From: Peribolospora baueri
Taxonomy: Eukaryota
NCBI GenBank assembly: GCA_029717555.1
Contig: JAMDHS010000008.1
Coordinates: 248,001 to 312,000, forward strand
Direction: 5' to 3'
Length of the DNA stretch: 64,000 nucleotides
Within the stretch, counting starts at the first letter, position 1. Each line of letters begins with the position of its first letter. The translations under genes and the position numbers were made by a program. Positions 36,801 to 49,200 of this stretch are shown one piece after another. The notes beneath the pieces were generated by a model. It searched no databases. It saw only the letters and a program-made list of their open reading frames with translations, and was not told the DNA's origin.

Positions 36801-38910
36801 TTGTTGATGCGTACGTGGTGGGCGACGAGGGTGAGCAAGCAGAAAGGAGCGCGACGAATCAAAGGCCGATCAAAATTTCCTTTTCCTTGCTGAGGGATCG
36901 TCCACCTGTCTTCCTCCCAGACGACGCCTCGTACCTGTTTCCCATGTTCGGCACCGTCGTCCTTTCCCTTCAAGTCATCTTTCAACGTCACGGGGTGTGT
37001 TTGATGTGCGTTGCCCATGTGCCATCTGCCGGGACCTTTTTGACGTCTTTCCATCTTTCCCAATCTCCCTCCCTTGCCCTCTCCAGCTGTCCTCGAACCT
37101 ACAGGCCCACCTGGGCGCCGTGTCGGACGGCTTTTTCGCCCGCTTCCTCCGGTCCTCCTCCGCGGCTCTGGGGTCGCAGAGCCTGAGCGAGGAAGAGAAG
37201 GGTCTGCTCGGACGGTGGATCTCGGCGTTGTTCGACAGCGAGGGCATTTCGGATGACCTCGTTCGGTGAGAGACCGCCCTCTTGCCCGCCGACGGGGGGG
37301 CTATCACGATCATAAGCGTCGGATGAGTGGTCTCTGACCGTCGTCGCCCCTTACCCTTTGTCTTCCTTACAAACAGGTCCACGCCGCCCCAATCGCTCCT
37401 TTTCCTAACGCCCACCCTCTTCTCGCAATCGACCGCCGCGTGCAGCCTCGGCGTCATCGACTTGGACACGCTTCGGTCCGGTTTGACCTATTTTCTTCAG
37501 GGCGTCCTCAATTTCGCTCTCCCAGGGGCACTGCGTTGGCTTGCTCAGGAGATCAGAAGGCTCGGGTGAGCCATTCCGTCCGTTTCGAAGGACGAAACAA
37601 GACGCCCCGCGCCTTTCTTATGAAGACGTCGGTTAACGCTGATCTCGCCCCACCGTGTCGTCCCGTCTCGTCGCCAACATACCGATCCCCGCACGCATAT
37701 TCAGACCGACTTCGCCTCAGACTTGCATCCATCTCGACGTCCTTCACACGCTCGTCACTTCGGAATCGTTCCCGTTGCCCGTCATTCCGCTCGTCTTTGC
37801 CGACCTCGCACACGTGCTCGCTCAAGCCCCGGCGGACAAATCCGAAGTGCGGATCTCGACGGAGATCAGAGCCAAGGTGCAGGAGATGGCTGAGAGAACC
37901 AGCTGGAGTGATTGTGAGAGTGAAAAAGTCGGAACGTGTGATGTGTCACGTCTCGTCTGCTCCGGTGCTCACCCTCTCGGTACCCCCCTCCAGCACGGAC
38001 ACCTCACCCTGGAATCGAGGCCATCCGAGACGTCTTCCGATATGCGTCCTCCGTCTCCCCCATGCCGTCTCCATCCTCGGCACTTGACGACGCAGCTCTG
38101 CAGTCCGCGCTGGCGAACCCGATCAAGTCGATGAGCGTCCTTTTGGACGAGGTGCTCTCCGTGGCGCAGATCGGAGACCTGTTGGCGTTCTCCGCCAACG
38201 GAGGAGGCCAGGCGGAAGAAGAGTCGGCGGCGGGACCGGAGAGGAGAGCGAAGAAGGCGCTCGCCGCTTGTCTCGTCTTGGTTAAACCGGCGACGGGACT
38301 GGCCTCACCGGTGCCGCCTTTGCTCAGGGCATTTGTCCTCCGCACCGTTCCGGATCGTCTTCTCTCCCTCTCGGAACGCAGTCCAAAGCCGGACGATGCG
38401 ATCGGGCTGACGAGCGGCGGCGCCGACGCTACGGAGGCCCATCGACGAGGGCGACCACAGCCGGCGACGCTTTCGAACACGGCGATGACGACGATCAGGA
38501 CGCTGGCCGACGTGCTCGTGGCCTCTTTCGACCTGGCCACCCATCTGGTGGAAGGGCAGACGAGAGGCGGTGGCCACGACCGAGAAGAAGAAGAAGAAGA
38601 AGTAGTAGAGAGAGATGACGAAGACGACGGCACTGACGATCGCACAGGACCAGCGGCCGCGCGCCAACGAGCTCGCGCCGGCCTGGCAGAGCTGGGCCGC
38701 TCCTTTGCATATGCGCTGGCGCGAACCGCGGCGGCCGAAGGAGGCGGCGAAGGACGAGGAGGCGGAGGCGGACAGAGGGGAAGCGGGAGAGACGGTGGTG
38801 CGGCGGTGGCGCTTGGCAAGATGGTGAGCGGCCACGCCGTCGACGTGCCGGCTTTGCGGCCGGTGGCTCGTCTGTTTGGGACTGTGTCGTTCGACGGGAG
38901 GAGGCTCTGA
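33853..38910 (+). CDS. MED5: Mediator complex tail subunit Med5 (Nut1)
   Basis: Spliced N-terminus MALVEQSVTLACWNRALSPAK-W. Conserved block [70 protein letters not shown], plus FGTVVLSLQ. Many introns, and internal exon boundaries are not all resolved. Confidence 0.8.
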
Positions 38911-39970
38911 TCGTGGGGTATCGGATGGGCGACGCCGACGATGGATGATCCATACCGAGCACGGTTCGTCTGATCAACGCAAAGCGAAAGACTCGAAGAG
39001 GCACTGCACTGGTCGCACGTGAGGGGAATGTGTGTAAACGGCCAAGGAATTCCGGTCATTATCCACGGGGGGGGAGAGAGAATCTTTCATGACGTTGCCG
39101 ACGTCGTGCGTTTGGACTCGTCACTGAGGAGGCTCGAGAAGGCCTGTTCGTTCGTTCATCGTTGGTCGGTCTGCTCCCCGCCGCTGGGTCGACATGGGAC
39201 CGCGAGGCACGTGTGTGTGTATCTATGGATGGACGTGCATTCACGTACGTATATGAGCGTCGACGGCTGGTCATCCGAGTTTAGAGGACGGACGGGGAAG
39301 AGGGAATGACCCGGCTCACGCGAGAGCTTGGGTGCTTGGAAACGATGAAACGTGAAAAGGGGGGGAAAAAAAAATGAGAAAGAAAAAATGAGAAAGAAAA
39401 AATTTTCAATTCAAGGTGATAGGATAGGGACGACGAAGGAGGTGTGTGAAGAGGGGGGAAGCGTCACACGCATGCATCCACCCCTTCCTTCTCCCGGTGA
39501 CAATGAATGTATCCTTTGTCTTACTTTCTTCTTCTCACCTTCATCTCGTCTCGCTTCTTCCGCAGCCGCGGCCCGTCTCCGAACGATCCGTCGCGGAGGT
39601 TGTCTGTGTGTGTGAGTGTGTGTGTGTTTTCCAATCGGGTGGGTCGAGTCGTCGGCGAGCCCGATGTGCAGCGGCTCGTGACCGGGACTGAGGAGGAGGA
39701 GATAGATCGTCACCGAGCCGAGGTGAGGAATGTGATCAAGGGGCATCATCCCTGCCGGGACGAACGGAAGCGTTTCGGCGAGGAAGGATCTTGTATTCTC
39801 GATTACGTCGCGTGATGCATATATAGCTCTTTATATACATTAATGAGAGCCAATGCGCAGAGGGATGAAGACGTAATGGGCAAGACTGGTAGCGGGTGGA
39901 TGGGGTACTACAGGTTGACCTGTGGACGCGGACGAGCGGCTGTGCAGATATAACCCTACCAGGTGTAGAG

Positions 39971-39978
39971 TATAAAAG
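39971..39978 (+). promoter_or_regulatory. TATA box upstream of Nudix gene
   Basis: Canonical TATAAAAG about 280 bp upstream of the ATG. Confidence 0.45.
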
Positions 39979-40249
39979 AGTGGGCGGGGACGTGTCTCCT
40001 TTTAGGAGGCCCAGATCTTTCCCACCATTTCAACTCTGCTGCGTTCTAGCCTGCTCGGCATCCGCTTCCACAGTCAGTGCCGCAGGCTCAAGGGGTGCAG
40101 CAGGCAGTCTGCGTAGAACTGCCGAAGCGCGACAAACGTACACGGACTCCCTCCAACACTGCTGAACTGGAAAGGTTGTCGACCAATCTCCACGCCCGCC
40201 AAACACTCCCTCTCCCTCTCCCTTTGTGTCTGTGTTTCTGACCAACGCC

Positions 40250-40831
40250 ATGCCAATCAACGCCGATGTTCACCTTGACTTCAATTTTGACAAGTCCCTC
40301 TCAGGATACAATGAGAGCGCGAAGGCCTACATATCTCAACTCCCTATCGAGTCTCGGCCAGACCGCCTCATCGTTGGAGTCGCTGTCACTCGCGATGATC
40401 CCCGTAAACCGGGCCTCCGGCAGCTCCTGATTGTCCAGCGCGCGGCGTCAGAAAAGTACTATCCCAACGTCTTCGAGTTACCCGGTGGCAAGGTAGATCC
40501 CGAGGACTCGACGATCCTCCACGCCGTCGCTCGCGAACTCTTGGAGGAAACAGGCCTTTCCGTTCGCAGGATTACCTCCTTCATCAAAAGCTTCGAGTAT
40601 ACCACCTCCAAGTCCATGCCCGACGGTAGTAGTCAGCTGGTCATAAAAAGGTCTCTCCAACTCAATTTCATGACCGAAGTGGCCGACACGAGCAGAGTCG
40701 TTCTCTCTCCAGAGGAGCATCAGAACTACCGCTGGGTGTCTTCAATGAAGGAGTTGCAAGGGCTTGACGTCACCGAGAAGATGGCGGACGTCATCGATGA
40801 GGTTTTCAGGAAGATGTCAGGAAAAACTTGA
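40250..40831 (+). CDS. Nudix hydrolase (intronless)
   Basis: Nudix box GGKVDPEDSTILHAVARELLEETGL, preceded by LLIVQRA..YPNVFELP and followed by LSPEEHQNYRWV. First ATG at 40250. Confidence 0.9.
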   Translation: MPINADVHLDFNFDKSLSGYNESAKAYISQLPIESRPDRLIVGVAVTRDDPRKPGLRQLLIVQRAASEKYYPNVFELPGGKVDPEDSTILHAVARELLEETGLSVRRITSFIKSFEYTTSKSMPDGSSQLVIKRSLQLNFMTEVADTSRVVLSPEEHQNYRWVSSMKELQGLDVTEKMADVIDEVFRKMSGKT

Positions 40832-42340
40832 CGGCCAGCAAAAGAGATGAGCTCAATTGGCCTCACAAGTATGCGTGTTTACTGCGATAGCTTATTCGGC
40901 TTTAAGATCTCCTAGATTTTGGCCGGCCGTATAAGAATCGAAAGACGGGCGTGTGGACGTCGCTCCACGAGTTGAAACCACATTCTTACTGTACTGTCAA
41001 GAAGACGGACGGCGTGTATCCAAGAAATGACACAATTAAGACACGTGTCTCCCGACTATCTATATGCGTATGGCCACTCTACGTATTGTGCGCTTCAAGA
41101 GAATGGCTGACAGCCGGGGAAACGACATTTCGACCGCCAAGGAACGACCGTCGGCTCACCTTTTCTTCTCATGGACTGGATGACCGGCCGGCAAATCGAC
41201 TTGCGCAAGAAGCGATCCATCGGAGGTGGCTGTAGTCGAAAAGATGCTCGATCAAGTCGCCGCTCTCGTCGTCCAGCTCACCTTGGGTTCGTCATACCGC
41301 CGCACGATACTTGGCTGTCGCCCCGAGACTTAGAGAACCCTCCGGTGTCTGTCCCGTCTTACCTTCGCCGACGACTCGACCCCATCATCCTTCACTTCTT
41401 TCTTTACGGCGGCAAGTGTGATGTTCGGGACTTGCTCGTCCTACGCTCACTCAAGGCCGTAGCTGTGCCTCCTTCACCGACAGTTGCTCCGTCATCGAAC
41501 CGAATTCACTGTTGTGGGTATCGTGATTAACTCCTTTTTTAATCAGCTGGAACCGTCACGGTTGTAGATTTAATCAACCCACGTTCAGTTTCAGACCTGG
41601 TCATGCATATGTTCATCGCCGCGACGGGGGTCCTCGCGTGTGTGCAATGAGAGGGGAGAACGTTCAGCCACGGAAGTCCACCCTGTGGCGTGGCGGCGCT
41701 GACGAAGACGAATGCCTGATGCGGCCCGGGCCGGACGCATCTCAACGCGGCCCCTGTTAACGGGACTAGCTAGCTAGGTAAACAAAAGAAAAAAGACTCG
41801 GACCTCGCCTGCGCATGTCGGCGCCGCTCTGGAATGACGGGACGTGAAGGCGAGCTGGGCGGGCGGGGGCGCGGAACGGCTGTTTGTGCTCGGCCTCAAG
41901 GATGTCCGACAGTTCTCGTCTCGTCTCGCGGGTGCGGCCAAGCAAGGACGCCAGAACAAATCGTTGGCGCTCGTTCGCTTCCGGATCGCCCTTACATGCA
42001 TAACGGCCTGGCCTGGCCTGTCCGGACGATCACATCCTGGGCGCACGGAAGATGCGCGCGGGTTGGTGCAAAAAAGAAAAACAAGAACCGACCGACCGAC
42101 CGACCGACCGATGCGGTTGGTTGGTTGGCTCAAGGCGACGGAGACAAGAGACGGAAAGACGCCGGCCCAATCCAATCCAATCCAATCCCACGACTGCTGC
42201 TGCGGCTGCGGCCACGACGCACCGGCGGACTGTGACGATGAGCTCACACGACCGGCGGCACATTCCAAACATTCACACTCAACACTCACACACGCACGCA
42301 CACTATTGGACCGGCGGCGGCTTGCCCCTTCGGCCCAATT

Positions 42341-42366
42341 AAAAAAAAAAAAAAAAAAAAAAAAAA
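42341..42366. repeat. Poly(A) tract (26 nt)
   Basis: Read directly. It lies in the microsatellite-rich region 3' of the cyclin gene. Confidence 0.9.
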
Positions 42367-43197
42367 CAAGGGAGACAATTCTTCCCTTCTCTTCTTGTGA
42401 CCTATTGTTTACGTCCCGCCGCGCCCATTTCCAACGGGCGCACTTCTTCCTTCCTTTCCCTTTACCTTGTACCGGGCCCAAGGCCAGTTGTCTGTCCGTT
42501 TGTCTACATACAGTTTGTCTGGTCAATCCGGGACGGGACGGGACGGGACGGGACGGGGCGAAGGAAGAAGAGTACGTCCGTTCATTCCACGCATCCGAGA
42601 GCACAAACTGTTTACACGTGTCGACGAAACGGGCAGGGAGGGGTAAACACAAGGGGGTAAGCGGGATGTTGGGGAAGGGGAGGGGAGAGAGCGAGCGGGC
42701 GAGCGGGCACGGGATGCGAGGCGAGGCGGGGCGAGCGATAACTTAGATGCTGAGGGGCAGCAAAGCCATCAGCTACGAAGGAAGGGAAGGAAGGGAGTGG
42801 CACTGGACCAGACCAGACCGGTCGGGCCAGGGCCAGGGCACAACCGGAGCGGAGGGAGCACAGAAAAAGGAAAAAGCGGAAAGGGAAGGTGAGGGGAGAC
42901 ACAGAGAGACGTAGGGATGGGATGGATGGAAAGGGAGAGAGAAAAAGGAGGCTTCTTGTTTGAGAATGGATGCTATAGAGGTACAGATGATGATTGACGC
43001 GAGACGGGATCATGATGCCGGAGAGAGGACGAGAGATCGGGCAAGGGGATAGAGAAGCGGGTCGCGCTTCGGGGGACATAGGCGTTTTTGAAGACGGGAA
43101 CGGAGGGGGTCAACTTGCATGTGCCGAGAGGGAAGAGTCGATTATGCCGATTAAGAGAGGAAAGCCATAGGGGGAGGGTTAGGGGGTGTGCGTGCGA

Positions 43198-44812
43198 TCA
43201 CTTCACGACGTTGACCTGCCACGTAGCAACGTGCAAAGGCTGGCGACCGTTGTTTTGCATTGGCGCTTGAGTGGGCTCGGGGTATTTGTGCAACGGCACC
43301 GTGTTCACGTGGACGGTCGGAAGTGGGGCGGTGGTGGCGGCAGAGGCAGGGTCTGGTCGAACGTTTTCCTTGGCCGCCGAACCGGTGGTCACGCCGAGAC
43401 CGCCGGCGGCTGACGCGCCGCCGCCGCCGCCTTCGGTGATGCCTGACGAGTTGGAGCCAGCGAAGGGGTCGAGGACGGAATACATGGACAGCGGGGTGAG
43501 CGGCATCTCCTCGTCATCCTCGTCCATGCCGCACGAGCTCGAGCATCGGCTCGTGACGGGCGAGACATCGCTAGAGCATGTCGACGAGGCGTCCATCGAG
43601 TCCTCCGAACCGTTCCTCCGCATCGGCGTGCAGGGCTCGGGACGGGCGGCGTGGAAGGAGAAGGGCGTGGAGGGAGAGGAAGAAGTGCCATAGGCGGCGC
43701 GAGCCTTGCGGAGATACCACTCCTGGACGACGGTAGAGGCACGCGAGTAGTACGCGAACGAGTACTTCTTGACGAGGATGGTGGACAGCTCATCTAGGCG
43801 CCCGCCGAGGAGGCCGTCGATGAGGTGCGCCACGCGAACCGCGTCCTCGACGCTCGTCCCCGTCGTCGGCGGCCGGGCGAGGTGACCGAGAATGAACTTG
43901 GAGAGCATGACCGCGCCAGCGGCGAGGGCGGAAGGGGCGAACTGGATAAAGTCGCGATGGAAGAGGCAGACCTCCATGAGGAATCGGGCGACGTGTTGCG
44001 TCGCGGGCTCCTCGTACGTGTTGCCACTGCACTCGATGCGGAGCCACGCCTCGGCCGTAGGGTGCCCAATCATCCATCCGATGGTGGAGAGAACGTGTCC
44101 CTCCATCTGGATGAACGCCGACTCGTCGTAGGCGTTGCAGCACATCTGGGCCAGATCGTGCACCGTCGGCACGCGGTCCTTGGCGTCCTCGAACTTTGCC
44201 GCGATCCAGAGCGCGGCACAGCCGACGAGCTGGTAGTGCTTCTTGTAGACGATTCGCTTTGACACGTAACGGTCCACGATGTTCATCGCCAAGTAGAGCG
44301 TCTCTGGGCGGAGGCGGAACTGCTGGTGAATTTCGATGAGGAAGTCGACGAGGTAAGGTCGCATGTACCACTGCAGCTCGGGCTGCATGTCCATCAACTC
44401 GGGCGAAGCCATGGTTTGCGACTGCGCAATTCGAAGGGGGAATCAAGCCGCGTGCATGAGTTGCAGCGATGGAGCCACGCGGAGGGGTGTTAACGAGAGC
44501 GTGGAGACCCACCTCGATGTCCCTCATGTACGAGACCACGTCTGACTCGTACTCGGGCTCGAGCAGGTTCTGTTGGTATTCGCGCTCGAGCTGACGGAAA
44601 GCCTTAGAGCGGCCGGAGTTGGCATTGGCGTTGGTGGACGACTCGGCGGTTGACTTGACGGACGGGGACCGAGAGCTGCGGCGAGAAGAGGGGCGAGAGG
44701 ACGTCGAGCCCTTGCGTTTCAGGGCGGTCGAGTTGGAGGGCGAGGTGCGCTTCTTCTGGTAGAAGGAGTTGCGAGCGGGCATACAAGATGGGGCATTGGC
44801 GACGGGAGGCAT
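43198..44812 (-). CDS. CLN1: G1/S cyclin (Cln1/Puc1-like)
   Basis: One coding intron (about 44423-44512). Cyclin box MQPELQWYMRPYLVDFLIEIH..ETLYLAMNIVDRYVSKRIVYKKHYQLVGCAALWIAAKFED, then MEGHVLSTIGW, and a PEST-like SP/TP-rich C-terminus. Confidence 0.9.
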
Positions 44813-46281
44813 GGTTGCAGGCAGCAAGTGTGAGACAGAGCAAGGGAGGCGTAGGGGCTGCGGGCGACAAGAAGACAAGCGTCCGATGAAGCGGATGAGA
44901 GAGCGTGAGCAAGGGAGCGCAAGAGTGAACGAATGTCGGGTGCGTTGCAATATTAAAGGAAGGGCGGGCGAGCGGGCGGGCGGGCGAGCGAGGTGCGGGT
45001 GGGGTGGGTTAGCGAAGGAGCGTCGGTGTAGAGCAAGAGAGAGTGATTCCAGTGTCGGCGACGGAGGTCGGCAACGGAAGGGCGGATGAGCAAGAGGGAG
45101 AGAGTTGAGGTCAGAAGATGAGAAGGGCGTCGAGGGTCGGACGGCGATGAAGGTCCTTATTATAAGACGGGGAGGGACGACGAGAAGAATGCGCGACGAC
45201 GATACTCACGTCGACGGTGATGGAGCCGCGAGTCGTCGGCGCAAGGGGTTCAAGGAGGAGCGGGGCGTAACGTGCCTTCGAAGAACCGGCTCGAGCACGA
45301 CGATGTCGACGATCAACGGTGATCGGACGGCGCTGAGGGGAAGAACGAGCAGGGGGGTGGGCGAAATGAAACGGGAGCAGAGAGAGGGCGAGGAAGGAGA
45401 GGGAGGGCGGAGAGGAGAGGCCAAGCCGAGGAGACGGCGGCGACGACGGCGAGCGTAGCGAAATGGGGGGGAGGGAGAGTGCAGAATGTGACATAGGTCT
45501 GGGTCAGCGCCGTGCCGAGGGCCGGAGAAGAAACGAGGGCGGGAGGAATGCGCGTCGCGGGGAAGAGGAGAGAAGAGGGCGAAAGGACATGATAGATAGA
45601 GTGCGAGTCCCAGCCCGGGCGGGGGGGAACGTCCGGCGACGACGGGGAAGGATTGGGAAGGAGAGACAAGCAAGCGTTGGCGTCCGGACGGGCGACTGCG
45701 ACTCACATAGCGACGAAATCTACGCAAGGTAGAGTTGCAATGAGAGAGAGCCAAATGGGTGGGACGGGGCATCGATCAGCAACGACGGCGCTACGCACTT
45801 GCGACCCGCCGTTCCGTTCGTTTGTCTCGGCTACGCCAAACAAGCCGTGCCGGAGGACTCACCGGCAGCCGGCGACACAGACGAGGCTGTGGAAGGGAAA
45901 GGGGAGGCGGAGACGGAGGCGGAGGCGGGAGGCATGACGGGCACGGGCGGGGCGGGGTGAGAGGGGGAGAGGCGATGTGATACGATGCGAGGCGGGGCGG
46001 GGCGGGGCGAGGGGCGAGGGGCGAGGGGCGAGGGGCGAAGGGAGGAGGGAGGAGGCGAAGGAGGGAGGGAGATGGAGGAATCGGATGGTGAGCGGATGGA
46101 CAAACGGATGGACAAACGGATGGAAGATGGATGGATGGATGGATGGATGGATAGATGGATGGACGACGACGACGACACAAATCTCATCCAAGGCAAGGGA
46201 GAGGAACGGACGGAGAGGGGGGCGCCGCATCACCCGCCAGCACAAGCGCCAGAGTCGGGTGCTGCGGCAAAATGGCGGCAA

Positions 46282-46299
46282 ACGCGTCACGCGTCGCGT
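46282..46299. promoter_or_regulatory. Tandem MCB (ACGCGT) elements upstream of the G1 cyclin
   Basis: ACGCGTCACGCGTCGCGT holds two MluI boxes plus a partial one. Similar compound sites occur at 49038-49052 and 52053-52062. Confidence 0.5.
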
Positions 46300-49200
46300 C
46301 GATCGAGTTGCTCCGGCGGGCGCGCGAGCGAGCGGGCGGGCGGGCGGGAGAGGGAGTGCCGCAGCATTCCTTCTTCTAACCCGGCCGAGCCAAGCAAGAA
46401 CGAGACGAGACGAGACGAGACGAGACGAGGCAGGCGCGCAAGGCAGGCATGCGACGATTCCAGCGACAGACAGCACGCCGGCTGGCTCATATTGAGCGTA
46501 GACGGCGTGCCCGTCGACAAGAATGTGATATGGCCACACCGCACTCCCCATCGCGAGCACGAGCATTGAAAAAGCCCGGGAGACGAAAGGACGCGAGAGA
46601 GAGAAAAAGAGAAAGGACGACGAAGGCTCGGCGCGCCGCCGCCTCCAATCGTCCGTCTCCCCTCCCCCTCCGCTTCGACCTCCCGCCGAGACGCTCTGGA
46701 TGCTCTCGCACATCCCCGCCGAACGAGCGCAGACGGTAGACTCACCAGGTGGAAGAGAAAGTGAAGTCGGAGAGGGCGATCGGGCCGGACCGCGAGGGCG
46801 AGGGCAAAAACGCGGCGGTTTGGAAGAAGAGGGGAAGGATCTGAGGACGAGGACGAGGACGAAGGATAGGGAGAGGAAGAGGAAGAGGCAGGAACGCGAT
46901 CGTGAGCTAAGCGATGCTTCAGCAGTGGCTATCGGTCGCACAGACGTGAGGGGGGACGGACGGGGCAGACCTGCCTGCCGCCCGCTTCGGTCCACGGGCG
47001 CGCGCGCCGGTCGAAGCCAAAGGGCCGGCCCAAGCGTAGCTTCTCCCTCGACGCCTGTTGACGCTTCGATACGGCCAAACAAACTCACATGGAAAAGTCG
47101 CAGGTCAGGCTCGCGGCGGCGTGAAAGTGGCACGAGTGAGCGGAGGGGGAGGAGCAATTGCCGTGTCGGGCGAACGCGGGAGGTTGGGCGTGGGCGTGGT
47201 CGACGCTTCGCTGTTGCGAGGGCGAGGACGAGAACGATCGTAAGAAGGTCGTAGGGGAATGAGCCCACCGAACCGACCGCGTCGTGATGGTGGGGTCGTG
47301 GTCGCGTGAACGGTGCCGCCGACGGAGGACGTTAAGGAGGACGACGGAATACGAGAGAGCCGTATCAAACCAGCGGGAGACGTCTTCCCAGAGGCACGCG
47401 ACGGTGAGGATAAAGGGAGAGCCGAACGGACGCGCGAGGACGGACGAAGAGGAGTAAGAGACCGCGACGCCTGGGGCCGCTAGAGGCGAGGCGGGGAGGT
47501 ATCCCAGATGAACAGTGGTAACGGTGGTGGAGGAAGGGGGGAAAGAGGACAGGACACGGGACGGGGGGAGGTGGGAAGGAAGGGGAGGAGGAGGAGGAGC
47601 GCAAGAGGGTCGCGTCCTAATAAACCGCGTTGAGTGGTGAAAAAGTGGGAGAGCGAAGACAGAGAGAGGCGCGGCGGCCGCCATTGGTTAAGCGAAGAAG
47701 CGAACGAACGTCTGCCGGTTGAACGGACGGACGAAGGTGATCGGGCTCGAAGGATGTGTGGTTGGAGCGAAGCGACGGAAGAACACGCCCGTTGTCACGA
47801 GTAGTCTACAGCCGTTGGTTTGGTGCCAGATGTGCGCGCGGAAGGGAGTGGGTGGGGGGGAGGGGAGGGGTGACAAGGTCCGAGGGGCCGGAGCGACCCA
47901 GGAAGCAAGCACGCACTCCCATCCTGTTCCTATCCGCACTGTGACGAGCTGTCGAAGGACCTACTACTGCCCACTGCCCCCGCGGCCGCGGACGGCGGAA
48001 AGGGCGCGTCGTCGGGTCGAGCGAGCAGGGGCAGACATGAACATGTCGCTGGCGAGCGGGCAAGGATGGAGGGAAGGAGGGAGGTAGGTCGTTCCGTTCG
48101 TCACGCTTCGTTCGCTCGCTACCACCTGCGATCACCGTCCGTCCGCGTCCCAACTTCAGCCCGCTCGCTGTTGTTAGAGCCAAGCCGCCAGCCCGGTAGG
48201 CGGCCGTTTGCGCGCTTTCCACCTCGAACGAAGCGCATGCCCGCCGCCGCCTCGGGGCCGTGCTGGTCTGTTCTTTGTTTTGTTTCCCGTCTTCTTCTTT
48301 CACGCGCCCCTGGGAACGCTGCTTGCTGCACTTCAGCTTTAGGTGTGTGTGCCGCGGGGCGCTTTGGAACGGATCGACACCGGGGAAGGACCGAGGGATG
48401 CTAGGACAGAAAGGGACGGCGACTACATACAACGACCGGTCCGCATGGGTGCGGCACGGGAGACGGCAGGCGGACTGCTGGCTTGGCTGTGTTGTGTTGT
48501 GTGTGTTGCGTTGTGTTGTGTGTTGCGTTGCGTTGTTTTGGCAAGTCAGGGCAGGTGAAGGGCGCGATTGTTGATGTGATGATGGGCGGAGGAGAGTGCG
48601 GAGGAACAAAGGAGGCAGAGGCGAACGAGGCGAGGAAGGGCCTGCCGAGCGGGCGGCGACCCGAGGGAATGGGTATGCGGCCGGGCGGGTGAGTGATGGT
48701 GGTCGGAGCCGGGTAAGCGAGAGGAGCGATGGATTGATTCATTCATTCATTCCATTCCAATCCATTCCAATCCATTCGGGCCAACCCAACCCAGTGCTGG
48801 ATCGTCGTCGTCGACCCGAGCGAGACCGGGCGAGGCGGACGGGCGCATCGCTCGCGTCGCCGCAGCAGCCAACGCCATCGGCCAGCGCCGCCCTCGTCCT
48901 CGCCGGTCCATCACCCTCGCTGATCATCACCCTTCAGCTCGGCCTGCCACAGTCGGCCCCGTCGTCGGCCTGCCTGCAGCGCCGTCGCCGCCAACGCCCT
49001 CCCTCCTCCAGTCTCCATCTCCGCCTTTGCTGATAAGACGCGTCGCGTCGCGGACACGGACGCGATTCATGCTTGTGAAATAGCACAGGGGATTGCTTGC
49101 GTCCTTGCTCGCTTGCTTGCCTGCTTGCCCGCTTCCATCGTCCTCCACGTCAGGTCACGCCACGCACATGCCACGCCAGACATCTCGCTCACTCCGGCGT

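Noticed and set aside
39507..39815. Protein-looking short frames on both strands upstream of the Nudix gene
   Set aside because: No start/splice structure or family motif could be established.
328..40831. HAD phosphatase + NAD(P)HX dehydratase + Nudix as a metabolite-repair cluster; LEU1 + THR1 as an amino-acid cluster
   Set aside because: The genes are separated by unrelated genes, and such families are common enough to co-occur by chance.
45859..47268. 469-aa minus-strand ORF and other long ORFs at 45-52 kb
   Set aside because: They translate microsatellites and purine/pyrimidine tracts (HPSI, PRPS repeats) with no domain, and long open frames are expected at this GC content.
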